A stretch of 64,000 nucleotides of DNA from positions 5,766,001 through 5,830,000 of the forward strand of contig CM035353.1 in NCBI GenBank assembly GCA_020137815.1, in the 5' to 3' direction. The position numbers were made by a program, and so were the translations under genes. Source of the DNA: Hormiphora californensis (taxonomy: Eukaryota; Animalia; Ctenophora). The notes under the pieces are model-generated. The model saw only the letters and a program-made list of their open reading frames with translations, was not told the DNA's origin and did not search any database. Shown here piece after piece: positions 1 to 41,400 of the stretch (its first letter is position 1; each line of letters starts with the position of its first letter).

Positions 1-263
1 TAGTAAACTAGCTTACAACAGAAAACAGTGCCTGCTTTTTGACCACACTTAAAAACTGTCTGCACGCTTTTCACTAAAAGGGTGAGAAATGTGTTAAAAA
101 TGCCATATTCAATACAGCTGTATTGACTATTGTCGCCGGAGAAGACGCATGCTATTCTAATTATGTAAGATCTAAAATAGGGGTAATAAAATGCATTCCT
201 TACAGGGAGTACAGGAACTCTTCTCCTTTGCTTGACCATTGAATAAAATAAACTTTACAGTAT

Positions 264-935
264 TATATACCCTGCTAACTTAAATAATGCGCCAGTGGCG
301 AGAAGTCCCACTAGCGCGCTCTCGATAACCAGCCAGTCCAGCGGCAGATTATTTCCCACTGGCTGGCTGTTTATTATTAACTCCTATGTTACATTCAAAG
401 TGTGTGTAAATGATCAGTTCTTACTGAAATACAGAGGGAACACTGTTTGCAAGAGTTACACACTGCATTGGAGAGAAAGAAACAACACATTCCGTCAATT
501 TCTCTCTCTTTATCTCCCCTTTTGTTTCACTATCTCAATTCCTCTGTGTTATGTCTGGCATGCCCCATATCTTGTTATTTCTTTCTCTCTCTCCTTAGTA
601 ACTGTTACCAAACAATATACACTCAATTGAGAGATGTTTTTGACTGTTTCTCAGTTCTCTTTGTGTGTTTTGATTAGTGTTTTATCTCTTGTTAGTGTGT
701 AATACTTGAAACAAACAACTAAAGCAGGGTATATAACCCATAAACTCTGACCAATGGCACGTTATTGGTTTAAACCCCTCCGCCTCTCCCTCGGCTCCGC
801 CTCGGGATCGTCGTCGTGATTTAAACCAGTTTATCCGCCACTGGCGGATAAACTACAGCTACCTTCTCCCAGCGGCGCGCTGGGAGAAAGGTATCTGAAA
901 TAACGTGCCAGTGGCCAGAGTTTATGCCTCATATA
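264..935. mobile_element. Non-autonomous ~670 bp element, Helentron/DINE-1-like structure, copy 1
   Basis: Near-identical to 55918-56589. Inverted pair TATATACCCTGCT (264) / AGCAGGGTATATA (~723-735), followed by a 3' region of nested hairpins. Confidence 0.75.
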
Positions 936-980
936 TCTCCTCTAGAGTCTAGAAATTATATCATCATCTCTGAACTTTAC

Positions 981-1234
981 CTGGGTTTTGAGTGAGAGTG
1001 GAGGACAAACGGAAGGGTCATTTCGTGGTGTGGAAGAGCAGATTGGGGATCTGAAATAATTATCAATTTTACTGAAGTTTGTAGACAATTATACATACTG
1101 AAATACACTGGATCTAACACAGTAAAATTCAATATTGTTAAACTAATAATGATCATCATCATGACATACATGCTGCAGATGTTGAGGTAGTCCGCCACTG
1201 CTCTCGGGCTTGGTATAGATACTTTAAGATCCAT
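981..1234 (-). CDS. Possible first two coding exons of an unidentified minus-strand gene
   Basis: ATG at 1234 (MDLKVSIPSPRAVADYLNICS), donor GTATGT, acceptor ATTTCAG, in-frame second exon (ISPICSSTPRNDPSVCPPLSLKTQ) ending at donor GTAAAG. No recognisable domain. Confidence 0.3.
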
Positions 1235-2082
1235 AATATGGGATTAACCTCATCCTAATCGAGTATGAAAGTTGATTTGGTAGGATCGGCGGCTTATAAT
1301 ATGGCGGGAATGGTGTGACAGGGATTGCCTTGTTTTTTAAAATAAAAAGGGTTTGAACAAAACAAGACATGGAAAAGGTTTCGACAAGCTAGTATTGTGA
1401 TGACCATGGTATGGCAATATGCCAACAATCAGGTGGTTGGAGTACCTGTATTTTCAGGTAGTGGCCAAAAACATAAATCATCTTAGAAAAAGTGCAGAGA
1501 CAAAGTCTGGGGTGTAGTTGATGTCAAGCTCCGAGGTAAAGGTGAGCTTTCTGAGCAAGAGTGTTTTATTATGCATGTAGTGCAGAACTTCGAATTGTTT
1601 GCTCGTGACCATCGTCCTATTTCAATCGTTCTGGAGTTGCGATTGAGATTTCTTTAGTTGTTTCCTCCATTGCATTGGTAACGCATAAAAGCGGTATATC
1701 AAATGTATGTGTTATTATTATTATTTCTATAGCTTTGATGAGTTTATTGCCAGGCAGGGTTTATGGTGGAGAGTTCAGAGTACTGCACTGCTGAAACAAG
1801 CACAGTTCCTAAAGGGACTCCGCTTCGCACCCTTTCCCATGAGGACCGTTCACCTGCATACACTACGTCTAGTAGGAGCGCTTATAGTCGAATTTTTTAA
1901 TCAAGGGACAGGCCCCCCTGTCCGACAGGGGGGGGGTCTTTTTGACGTTTTTTAAACGCGCATATCTCCGGTTGCTGATAAGATAAATACTTGAAATTTG
2001 GAGGTTATGAAGAACTTGGCATGATCTTGCCAACCTCCAAATTTCAAGTCTCTATCTCATAGTGAACCATAATAAAGTTCAA

Positions 2083-2236
2083 GAGCCTCCAAGAGCGCAC
2101 CCCATCGAAGAGAGACCACACCTGAGAGCGTACCACACCAAAAAGATACCAGATCCAAGAGCGTACCACATCCAGAAGAGACCGAATTCAAGAGCGCACC
2201 ACCTCCAGAAGACACCACTGACCACTCCAAGAGCGG
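2083..2236. repeat. Degenerate ~30 bp tandem repeat
   Basis: Recurrent CAAGAGCG(C/T)ACCAC..AAGA unit, about 5 copies. Confidence 0.65.
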
Positions 2237-3258
2237 CGTTGTATTTGCGAATTGCGCATTGTCATGTAAATGTAATATAATCATTTATATATACCACTTT
2301 ATAGTGTAAAATAATGGAGCACGCACCAACAGCCTACGCTTGACATACTCTCTCACTTTCAAAAGCTCCTTCATTTCACCTCCAATCAAAAAAGACCCAG
2401 ATTTTTGGCACCGTACAGTGTGATCCAGTAATTTGAGCAACTTCGTAAATGTTCACGTGACTGACCAGTTTTGACCAATCCAAGCTCATAAATTTTAATC
2501 GGGGAAAAGTCGAAAAAAGTCGAAAAAATGTGAAAAATGCGACAAAACATGAACAAAAATTTTAGCGCGCGGCTTAAAAAAGTGAATTTTGGCAACGATT
2601 GTGAGACACAATTCGCGCGTTACATAAATGCGACGCATTTTAAATATATTTGTTTGTGCGCGCAATATTTTCCCCTCATAAAAAATTCAAGTGCGACAAA
2701 ATTTTCCTTTTCGTCGCGTTTTTACTTTTTCTAAGTGCTCCAAACGATTGTTTTCTATGCAAGATGCTCCAAATTCGCTTAGGTGGTCAAAGGACAAAGT
2801 GTTGCTTAAAGGCCTTAAAACGATCAAAATATTCCTCACTCCCCAAACCCTACTGGGGATTACAACCCCGCTGTAGGAGGTTTGGCCTTTGGCAGCAGTG
2901 CAGTGCCGGGCCGGCACCCCAGACCCTGGAGTCCAGCCTCCAGGGAGTGGACAGTGGACACATTTGGGTTACCTGCTATCACATACTGCCCCTGTGGTTA
3001 GGGCTTTAGTTCGGGTCAAAAGCGGGGGGAAATGAAAATAGAAAGCCCCATATCGTAACAGCCCAGCTCACAACCGCGGCCTGAGGGGTGGCCGTTGATA
3101 CTTTCACGCCCAATAGTATAGTTTTTTAGCAGAAAGGTGCCCTTATTGATCATAGATCATTGCTTACAATTTATAAATGATGATAAAATGAATAATACAG
3201 TTCGTTCTTGCAGTGTTAGGGTAGCATGTGTAACATTAGTGTCACGTGATTATGTATC

Positions 3259-32396
<29,138 letters not shown>

Positions 32397-32968
32397 GAGG
32401 ATCTCAACTATAGACAATGAGTGTGTGAGAGAGATTGATTTGTTTTTACTTGTATTTATTCTTTTACTGACTTGTGTTTGAACTTGAAAATTGTTTCAGA
32501 GAAGTAATTTATACAATATTTGTTCAATATCGTTAACTTCTCGTTATAATTGTTTTGGTGGTGGTATGCGTCCCTAAAATCGCAATGCTGTGATTCTTTG
32601 GCCTCAACTCTTGCGTTTTTGAATTCACTTTTGGTACAAGTGTGATACCATATGTTACTAATGCGACTAACTTCTCTTGTATGTATGGATGTGAGAGAGA
32701 AGGTTTCCTTTAAGTAGCCACTCAGTACTGAGATAGGATGAGAGATGGATGCTGGACAAAATTGATGTGCACTTTATCATACCCGCCGTGGGAAATTCAG
32801 AATGCAGACCGTGTTGTTCGTAACGCGCAACATCCAAAATGTGGTAAATTTCGCGCGCCCTCGCTGCAACGCGCAAATCAATCACGCGCATCTCGTTGAG
32901 TAAGCCGCGCTGTGTCCCCTTGCTTTAAAAAATTCATGCGGTCCGCCAAGTTCTTCAAAAAGTCGAAT

Positions 32969-33195
32969 ATAGGGATCCCTAATAAAGTTGTGACTTGTCA
33001 CTGTAGTCTTGCGGAGGCGCGGTTGTGACTTGTCACCGCGTGTGCGCGTACCAAAACGCACGTGGTTCCCACTGCGCGTAGCTGCGGCGCGGCGCAAACC
33101 ATGCGGTGACAAGTTACAATCGCGCATTTTGAAGCCGCGCCGCCACGGGAACCACATGTTTGGTGACAAGTCACAACTTTATTAGGGATCCCTAT
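32969..33195. mobile_element. Small MITE
   Basis: ATAGGGATCCCTAATAAAGTTGTGACTTGTCAC inverted at both ends. Confidence 0.8.
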
Positions 33196-33539
33196 GAGGG
33201 CCAGCGTTAAAATCTGGGTGTTTGGAGAGTGCTGACAAACGGTTTTTTAGGGTTAGGGCTAAAGTGGGGTTAGGGCTGGGGTTTGGGTTGGGGTTAGGCC
33301 TTGACATTTCCTACCAGATAAACTTTGAATTAGCGAAAACGGTTGAGTGGTTTGGCGGTTAGAGCCATTTTAGTGAATCAACTTTTTTGGCAGCGCGCAC
33401 CTGTAAACAGGCCACCAAACACCCAGATCGTAACGGCGCCCGAATATGAGTGATGTTTTTTCTTTTTGTGCTTTTAACTCCTGTTCTTGATTTGAATCAA
33501 GGTAGGGATCTTTTCCCGATTACTTTAGAAAGATCTTAA

Positions 33540-33829
33540 GGGAAAACTCTAACTGAATGGCATCCCATTAATGGGATCCCATCAACAGTAAAACTCTAAC
33601 TGATAATGGACCACAGTGATGGTTCTTTCTCTGTATTCTCTCTGTAGGCAGTACATCTATGTACTGCCTACAGAGAGAATACAGAGAAAGAACTATAGGG
33701 CATGCCCGGGCACGGGCGCGCACACAGAGAGAATACAGAGAAAGAACCATCACTGTGGTCCATTATCAGTTAGAGTTTTACTGTTGATGGGATCCCATTA
33801 ATGGGATGCCATTCAGTTAGAGTTTCCCC
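33540..33829. mobile_element. Tourist/PIF-Harbinger-like palindromic MITE (TAA flanks)
   Basis: TAA|GGGAAAACTCTAACTGAATGG..CCATTCAGTTAGAGTTTCCCC|TAA with an internal second hairpin. Confidence 0.85.
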
Positions 33830-34549
33830 TAAGAATTCCTTTCCAACGCAGCCGGAATGAAGTTTCTATCTTTTTTGGAACTGGACTCTGGAGTCCTTTT
33901 TTCAGCTGCTCCCTTTTTTTAATTTCTGCGATATCTCAGGTTCCTGCTAAAATAGAGGCTTCATCTCGGATGCATCGGAAAGGTCTTGAAATTTTTGATC
34001 GGATGCACCCGTTATGAAGTCTAGAATCTTATCAGGAACTGGAGATATCATTAGAAACGTATAAAAGGGTTGAACAGTTGGACTTTACGATCTCTATTAT
34101 AATTTGGAGATGTCGCGTGATGGCCGGTCGTTAGGCGGTATCTAAGCGACAGGCTGCTCCTTCATAAAACACTCTATGTGCCCAAAGCTGTAAAGCTGTC
34201 ACTCACAGTTTTGGAACTTCCAGTGGAAGTTTATTAATATTTTCGAATGCCTTTTAACATGCCAGTCCCCATAGTTACCAATTCGGTTGCCGTGGCAACC
34301 GTGTTATTGACGTTAAAAGAGGCGAAAAGAACCACCCGGCGAAGCCGGGTGGGTTATCAAAAAAACCTTACTTGAGGCGCACCCAATGGGTGCGCTAGTC
34401 ATATATAAGATGAAAACAATCGATACTCATTCAAAATAAGACTTTAACGGAATCAAATGTTTGTGTTGACATGTGCTGCAGTGCACGCTGTACAGGGAAA
34501 TACAGAGTAGGCCAACACTTAAATTATTCGCCGTTCGTCAGTGGCACCA

Positions 34550-35366
34550 TAGTCAGGACCACTATTGGTGCGCGGTCGTGCCCACGGGAGGAGTGCTTGG
34601 ATCATCTTGAAACCGGTTTTAAGTTAACTAATGCATATCCAAAAGTGTCTGTAGCTATTTGGGTGATGTTCTGACAATCCAATCACGAGTTATGACCAAA
34701 AAACAGTCAAAAAAGACGTTTTAAAGTGACAAAAAGGAGGACCTGAACACAGCCCTTATATGAAGGGTTGGGGCTATGAAACTTCTTGAGTGGACAGATA
34801 ATCGTCCAAATTTGCAGTGTCAACTTTGGAATAGTTTCTATCTTTTGTAGTTATCTAATTACAGCTGTTTAAACATGTGAGAAGATGAGGGGCCTCTAAT
34901 ACTGTGTATTTTTGCTTGTGAAGTGATCACTTGACGAGATTTACCCAATTAGAGAGCAGATTAAAGCATACAAGCGGTGAGAGCAAGCAATATGGGACGG
35001 AAACAGTACCAAATTACCCTGTTTTGCAGATCGTCTCACATGTTTGAACGGCTCTAATTAGATAACTACAAAAGATAGAAACTATTCCAAAGTTGACACT
35101 GCAAATTTGGACGATTCTCTGTCCACTCAAGAAGTTTCATAGCCCTAACCCTTCATATAAGGGCTGTGTTCAGGTCCTCCTTTTTGTCACTTTAAAACGT
35201 CTTTTTTGACTGTTTTTTCGTCATAACTCGTGATTGGATTGTCAGAACATCACCCAAATAGCTACAGACAGTTTTGGATATGCATTAGTTAACTTAAAAC
35301 CGGTTTCAAGATGATCCAAGCACTCCTTCCGTGGGCACGACCGCGCACCAATAGTGTTCCTAACTA
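34550..35366. mobile_element. Foldback element, TAG termini, 3 bp TSD (Academ-like by signature), copy 1
   Basis: CCA|TAGTCAGGACCACTATTGGTGCGCG..CGCGCACCAATAGTGTTCCTAACTA|CCA with ~330 bp arms. Confidence 0.88.
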
Positions 35367-35459
35367 CCAATGCTTATCGTAGTCACATATGATAACTCTT
35401 ATTCACTTGAAACTATAAATAATTTCACAATGATACAAGTTATGTAAATATCCTAGCTA

Positions 35460-38400
35460 CTAACTATAATCACTATTCTCAATTATAGTCCAGTTTCCAC
35501 TCGATTGTCCGTGTGGCACTGAAGATTCCGGATTTGAAACGCTAGCTCTGGTTACCTTTGTTTTTCCTATTGAGGAAACTAACGACTGCACCTGTCCTCT
35601 AATCCGTTTGATACCGGTTGCTATCTTGTCGCTGTTGTAAATTAGAGGATTCACCACACTGTTGAGCGGTATTAGCAGAATGGAGCAGAACTCATAAAAT
35701 CCGCTTTCATCTGCATCCACAACATCAGCGACATTGAGAAATGCCAGGAGAATAAACGGAACCCAGGTCGCAAAATCCGTTGCTATGATCAGCGAAATCT
35801 TCCTCTGTAGTTTTGTCATTGACTCTCGGCTTTGGGCGGTCCCCTTCGTACCCGCATTTATCGATGTCTGGTTGGTGTGAAGAATTATCAGGAGATAACT
35901 GACCGTTATGACTATAAAACAAATCAGATTGCTCACCAGGACGTACATAGAGTACCCTAGCTGTTGGTCCCCTCTTTTAACGAAATACTTGAAGAGGCAA
36001 ACTCCGCTGTTCCCATAAAATCCGATACTCAGAGTTGTGTCGTTTTTTAGCTTGAAATTCTTTAGATCCTCTGTAGTTGGGATTCCGAGTGGCGTTTTGG
36101 AGTGAAATATCCACTTAATTAGGATACGCCAATCATCCCATGTCATTATTTTGTCGAAGGGTGGAAGTTCTACATACGCTTGGAAGCTGTTCTTGAGCTC
36201 ATCCTTTGACATGCTATCCGTGATGATAGGATTTCCTGGGTAATACAGTCCATTAACAAAGTAGTTTTCAGTCACCTTCAGGATCGGTAGGACGCCAATA
36301 GTGAGCGAGTAAAGAAGCAGACTTGACACACACAAAATAAGGAGCAGGACCTTCTTCGTACTCATCGAAGAGAATACCATCATTGTTTTGATGGAAACAA
36401 GCCTAAATATTGAGAGAAATGTCATGCATAAGAGTGATAACTGATTTCCAAATGTACTTATGGTCCCAATAAATGCACACGTTGCGCTCGATAGCCACTC
36501 CAACCTCTTTGTGCAGTAATCATCGCCGTACCATTGGTCATAGGAAAAGATGAGGATAATGTAAATACCGACTGAAAAGTCCCCCAAGGCGATTAAAGCT
36601 ACAAGGATGTCATTAACCACCAAACTAAATGACTTGTCCGAGTTACCGACAAGACTTTTAGCGAACAGCCACAGAGACACCGCATTCACCGAGAGGGCAC
36701 ACGTTCCTATAACAATGGCGACAAACCGATAAAATCCGCTCTTAATCATTCGCCATTCAACACCGCTGTTTTTGCAGAACGAACTACATTCGTCATTTTT
36801 CTCCGCACAATCAAAGATTTTATCGCACATTTTGGTTTTCTTGATTGATGTTGCACTGTTTGTGCACTGGAACCGGTTTCTACAATTGATTTCATCAGAG
36901 TTGTCTCCACAGTCGTTGCTATAATCACAAACCTTTGACCACTTAATCTGTTCCCCGTTGTCGCAGTTGAAAATATAGTCGATTGCCCCGGTTTGGGTGT
37001 TGTAGATATTAGCTCCCATCAGCCATCCATATTGTTGTGTCATGTACAGCGTCGTTTGGTTGAGTGTTGAGAAGGAGTACTGTAGTGTAGCCATGGCAAC
37101 TGCATATCGATCTGTTTGACCCCCATCATTATCCGTCTGGTCACAATCGCCCCGTGTGGCTGCCACTGCGTAGGCCAAACCGTCAATATTCCCACATCCA
37201 GTTACATCTTGGTCGATAGAATGCATGGTTATTTGGATCTCCCCAACTTTGTTTGTTGAAGATGAACATTTGTTCTTCAGGTCGAGACCCGGTAAACAAG
37301 GTGCAACAAAAACATGGTTTCTCCTGGTAACGTACCCCACATCAATGGACTCATTGAGATCTGTTTCACTACAAGTATCCTCCTCACTGGTCCCATTGTT
37401 CAGAGGGCAGTCTGGGTAACCGTCACAAAGCTTGTCACTCGAGATGTAGTAGGACAGATTCCCTGACCAGGGGCAGCGCATTGTTGTATTTCCAAAATCA
37501 CCAACATCCTGACCTTCCAAGATCATTTCTCGATAAATATTGACAATCTCTATCCCATTGTTAAAACATATCTCATCTAAGCTATTGTCACAGTGAGAGG
37601 ACTTGTCACATTCTAGCAATTTGTCGATTGTGGAGTTGTATCCGTTTATAGGGCACAGAATGGCTTGATAAGATGTTTCTTGGTGCTTTGTGGTGCAATT
37701 GACCCAAGTTTTCCATTCCTCGTCACAGTATATGTAATCAATGGACGAGTATTGGAAATCGTCACACATTTGAAAGTTGTAGACTTTATTCCTGAAAAAA
37801 AGTAGTATGTTAGTACTCAGAACAGTAATTAGCTTAGGCAATCAATACCACTAGGATGTATTTGAAAAAGTGTATGCTTTGGGTGGCTTACATTTGTCCT
37901 TGAAGAGTACAGTTCAAAGCGATATTCTCGTCTATACAAAGGGTACTTGGTAATATCTGACCGTCCTCAATACTACTACAGAGGTTGTCAGCATAACAGT
38001 AGTCCTTTGGTGGCATCATTCTTGTGTACAGTTCCCCTCTCCTGAAAATCGAGCAAATCAGTACAAATCATGTTCATTTGGACCCCGATTTACCGGGATA
38101 AAGGATTTCCCCGGTATATCGGGGCGACGTATTGTTAACTCCCTATATCTCCGCCTGGTTATCGGGGTTCTCGTAAATCGGGGGACGTACACTGAATCAG
38201 TTTCGCATGTTTCAGTGACATTTGCTGGTTTGTTATTCCTCTCCTCACATGGTCCTCCATTTTTAACTTCATCCTCGTAATTGTACACAGTTACCATCCC
38301 GATGTCATCAATGAACATGGTAGTTGTAGAAGCCGCACAGTCTGGTTTGTTATTACATACTAGTGAACTCTCTATTCCAGTCCCACGGAGGTCCTTACAA

Positions 38401-41400
38401 CTAAAGCTTTCACCTCCATCCGAGGTGCCCTTACTACAGTCCTCCATGTCCGAACAGTCCGCACAGAAACACTGGGAAGAACTTGTTTTAGAGGAAATGT
38501 TACATTAGTTGCCATGGTTACAAAATGTTCATACATTATCACCCGGTTTAAAAAGGAGATGCCCATGAGAAAATTAGTTCAAACAAGAATTATTTGCATT
38601 ATGTATCCATAATGCTACGTTTCCCTGCCCTCTTCGATTTGCCATTCAACTCGCCCAACGAGTAAGCTGTCCGCAAAATGGGGATTTGTGTTTTTCGAAT
38701 TTTTGAACAAAACGCAGAACAGATTTTTCAATTTTCTTTTCAATTTTTCAATTTTCTTTTCAATTTCTCCAATCAAAACGTGCGGCCGATATTAAACAAA
38801 TTTTGCCGCGCGTTACAGTTTATAGCCGCGCGCCCCTCATAAAATTTCAATTGTTTGCACGCGCGCATGTTACTCCGCAAGTGTCAGATCGCGCGCGCCG
38901 CGAGGTTGCCCATCGCAACGAAAGTGTGACCAAAAAATGTCCCTCTACCGATTAGTTAGTATACCAAAATGTCGTTTTCGAATTCTAACCCTGCTATGCC
39001 TTTTTACAAAGTAAAAAGGCATCCGGGTGAATGCCTTCGGCATTCACCCGGGCAGGGAAATAAATAAAACTTACCATGTCATCACAAATCATGGAAGACC
39101 AAACGGACACGATATTCCCGAAGTTATCCTCGCAGATTCTAGTCGATACCTCCATATAATTTGTTTTGGAAGTGTCTGAAAGCTTGATTGATTCACCCAC
39201 ACTCATGAAGGAGCACCCGCATCCTTGATAATTTTGAACATCATTGTTACACTTTCTATCAAACACACACAGGCCACCCTCGTTAGATAGAAGCCGATAA
39301 ACATCAACATCCTCCCCGTTATCAGCATATGGACAAAGATAAGAATCCTCTTTAGGATAATGTTGAAACATGCATGTCATGGACTCCGAGAGAGCTGGTA
39401 TTGTGTTTCGACTTTTAATCGTTTCCTGAAAATCTGAAACAGGTCAATATATGGGTATAGGGTGGGGTAACAAATTGAATGAAGCACTTACTTTCTCGAG
39501 GTACCAGCTTGTAGTCCTTTATTTTACTGAATGTTTGGTTCGTGTCATCAGAGAGGGTTATCGTGATGGTACAGGTAAATCGAACCTTGCTCTCCTCATT
39601 ACTAGATGGTATTGCCCAATTTGTAACCACTTCTGTAACGTTTCCTGAAGAAATGGTTAACAGTTGGTTTTTTTCTTAACAATCTCCATTGTCAACTACT
39701 ATCTCAGACTACGTAAAAATTGAAAGTCCAAGATTTAAATTGATGAGTAAACGTTTATTGAAAAGTATTCGCATTACCAACTGTCGAAGAATCGAAGCAC
39801 GGCTCTACCGAACATAGCTCTTCTTCGAATTCAGGATTCTCAGAATAGCACCAAGGTTCGCTGCGGAGTAGTGTGGTGTTCGTGTTGGTATTCCTGCAGT
39901 AGTTCTCTTCTAGCTCTGGATGGTTGCTTAAAAGAGAACCTTCAAGTGAGTCTTCCCAATTCTTGCACGTCCACCCGGTATCAGTAGCATTTTGTGTGCC
40001 ATTATATGAAGTGTCTCCACATACTGCATGCAAACATTATAATTAAAATTGTATACAAATTGAAATAACGAATGTTCTTATCATGGTCTAAGGTTCTTAT
40101 TATGGTCTATACTACACAAGTCACAATGTTTCATGATTTCCCACGAGCGGATTCCTCCTTTTATCCCATACTTACAGTAGGTGAAATCTTGGCAGACTCT
40201 TTCCCGGTTACACTCCACACTTTCCTTTCCGGAGTTACATTTAGTGACAACTTCAGTTGTTTTCACCATGGTATCTTTTATTTTTCCATTATCATACAAA
40301 GTCTCCCAAACTTTTTGTGTGTCGCTAGTTACCACTGAGGGACGGCAGGGGCTGGTACATGACTCTTCCATATAGGACCCCCTATAGTAGAGTAACCCCA
40401 TGTATGGGGAGGAAGTACATGTAGTATTATCTTCTTGTTTTCCTGTCGTCTGTGATTCCTGGGTACAGACCGGTATATCACATATTTCTACTGTGTTTTC
40501 AGCCACAAAACAGAATGCTCTTCCAAAGGTTGTATCATTTCTATAGGCGTTCCTGCAGTAATTATCTTCCACATGAACTTCGGGGTTCAAATCGTTATCC
40601 CTGAAATTGTGATGGGATTACCGACTTGATTCATTGACACAGCCAATTTTGCGGCTAGTATTTTCTCCTTTTTTCCTATTTTAGAACGTACCCATTTCCA
40701 TAAGTATTTTTTGACCAATTCATGCAAGTTTTTCCACTGAACGAAATGTTAACATTTCCATGATAAGTTGTCTGTGATCCATCCCAACACGCTGAAAATA
40801 GGTTAATTGGAATCCAATTAAAATTAGTCAATTGCCTACGAGATTGGTTGATTGGTTTTTGTCGAATAAGGACAGTTATAATAGACAAGGAAAATACGAA
40901 TGATTTGGAACTTGAAAATAAGTTACCACCTCACGTTAGTTACCATTCGTGTTACCTTTCAAGGGTCTCTTCACTGCCTATTCGGGGCCTGGCAAGGCCC
41001 CCCGACCCGAATATAACCCAAACTCAACCCATCCCCCCTAAAACATCCCCCCTAAAACTAAAACAACGGGGCCGAGCCGACAGGCCCTTAATACCAGATT
41101 TAAAAAAACCATAAACCATAAACCATTCGGGGCCTGGCAAGGCCCCCCGACCCGAATATAACCCAAACTCAACCCATCCCCCCTAAAACATCCCCCTAAA
41201 ACTAAAACAACGGGGCCGAGCCGACAGGCCCTTAATACCAGATGAAAAAAAAACCATTCGGGGCCTGGCAAGGCCCCCCGACCCGAAAATAAACCAAACT
41301 CAACCCATTCCCCCTAAAAACAACGGGGCCGAGCCGACAGGCCCTTAATACCAGATTTAAAAAAAACCATAAACCGCAAACCATAAACCATAAAACCATA

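Noticed and set aside
1458-1541. Exon-like segment (TTTTCAG..GTGAG) on plus strand
   Set aside because: Stops in all three frames; at most a UTR exon.
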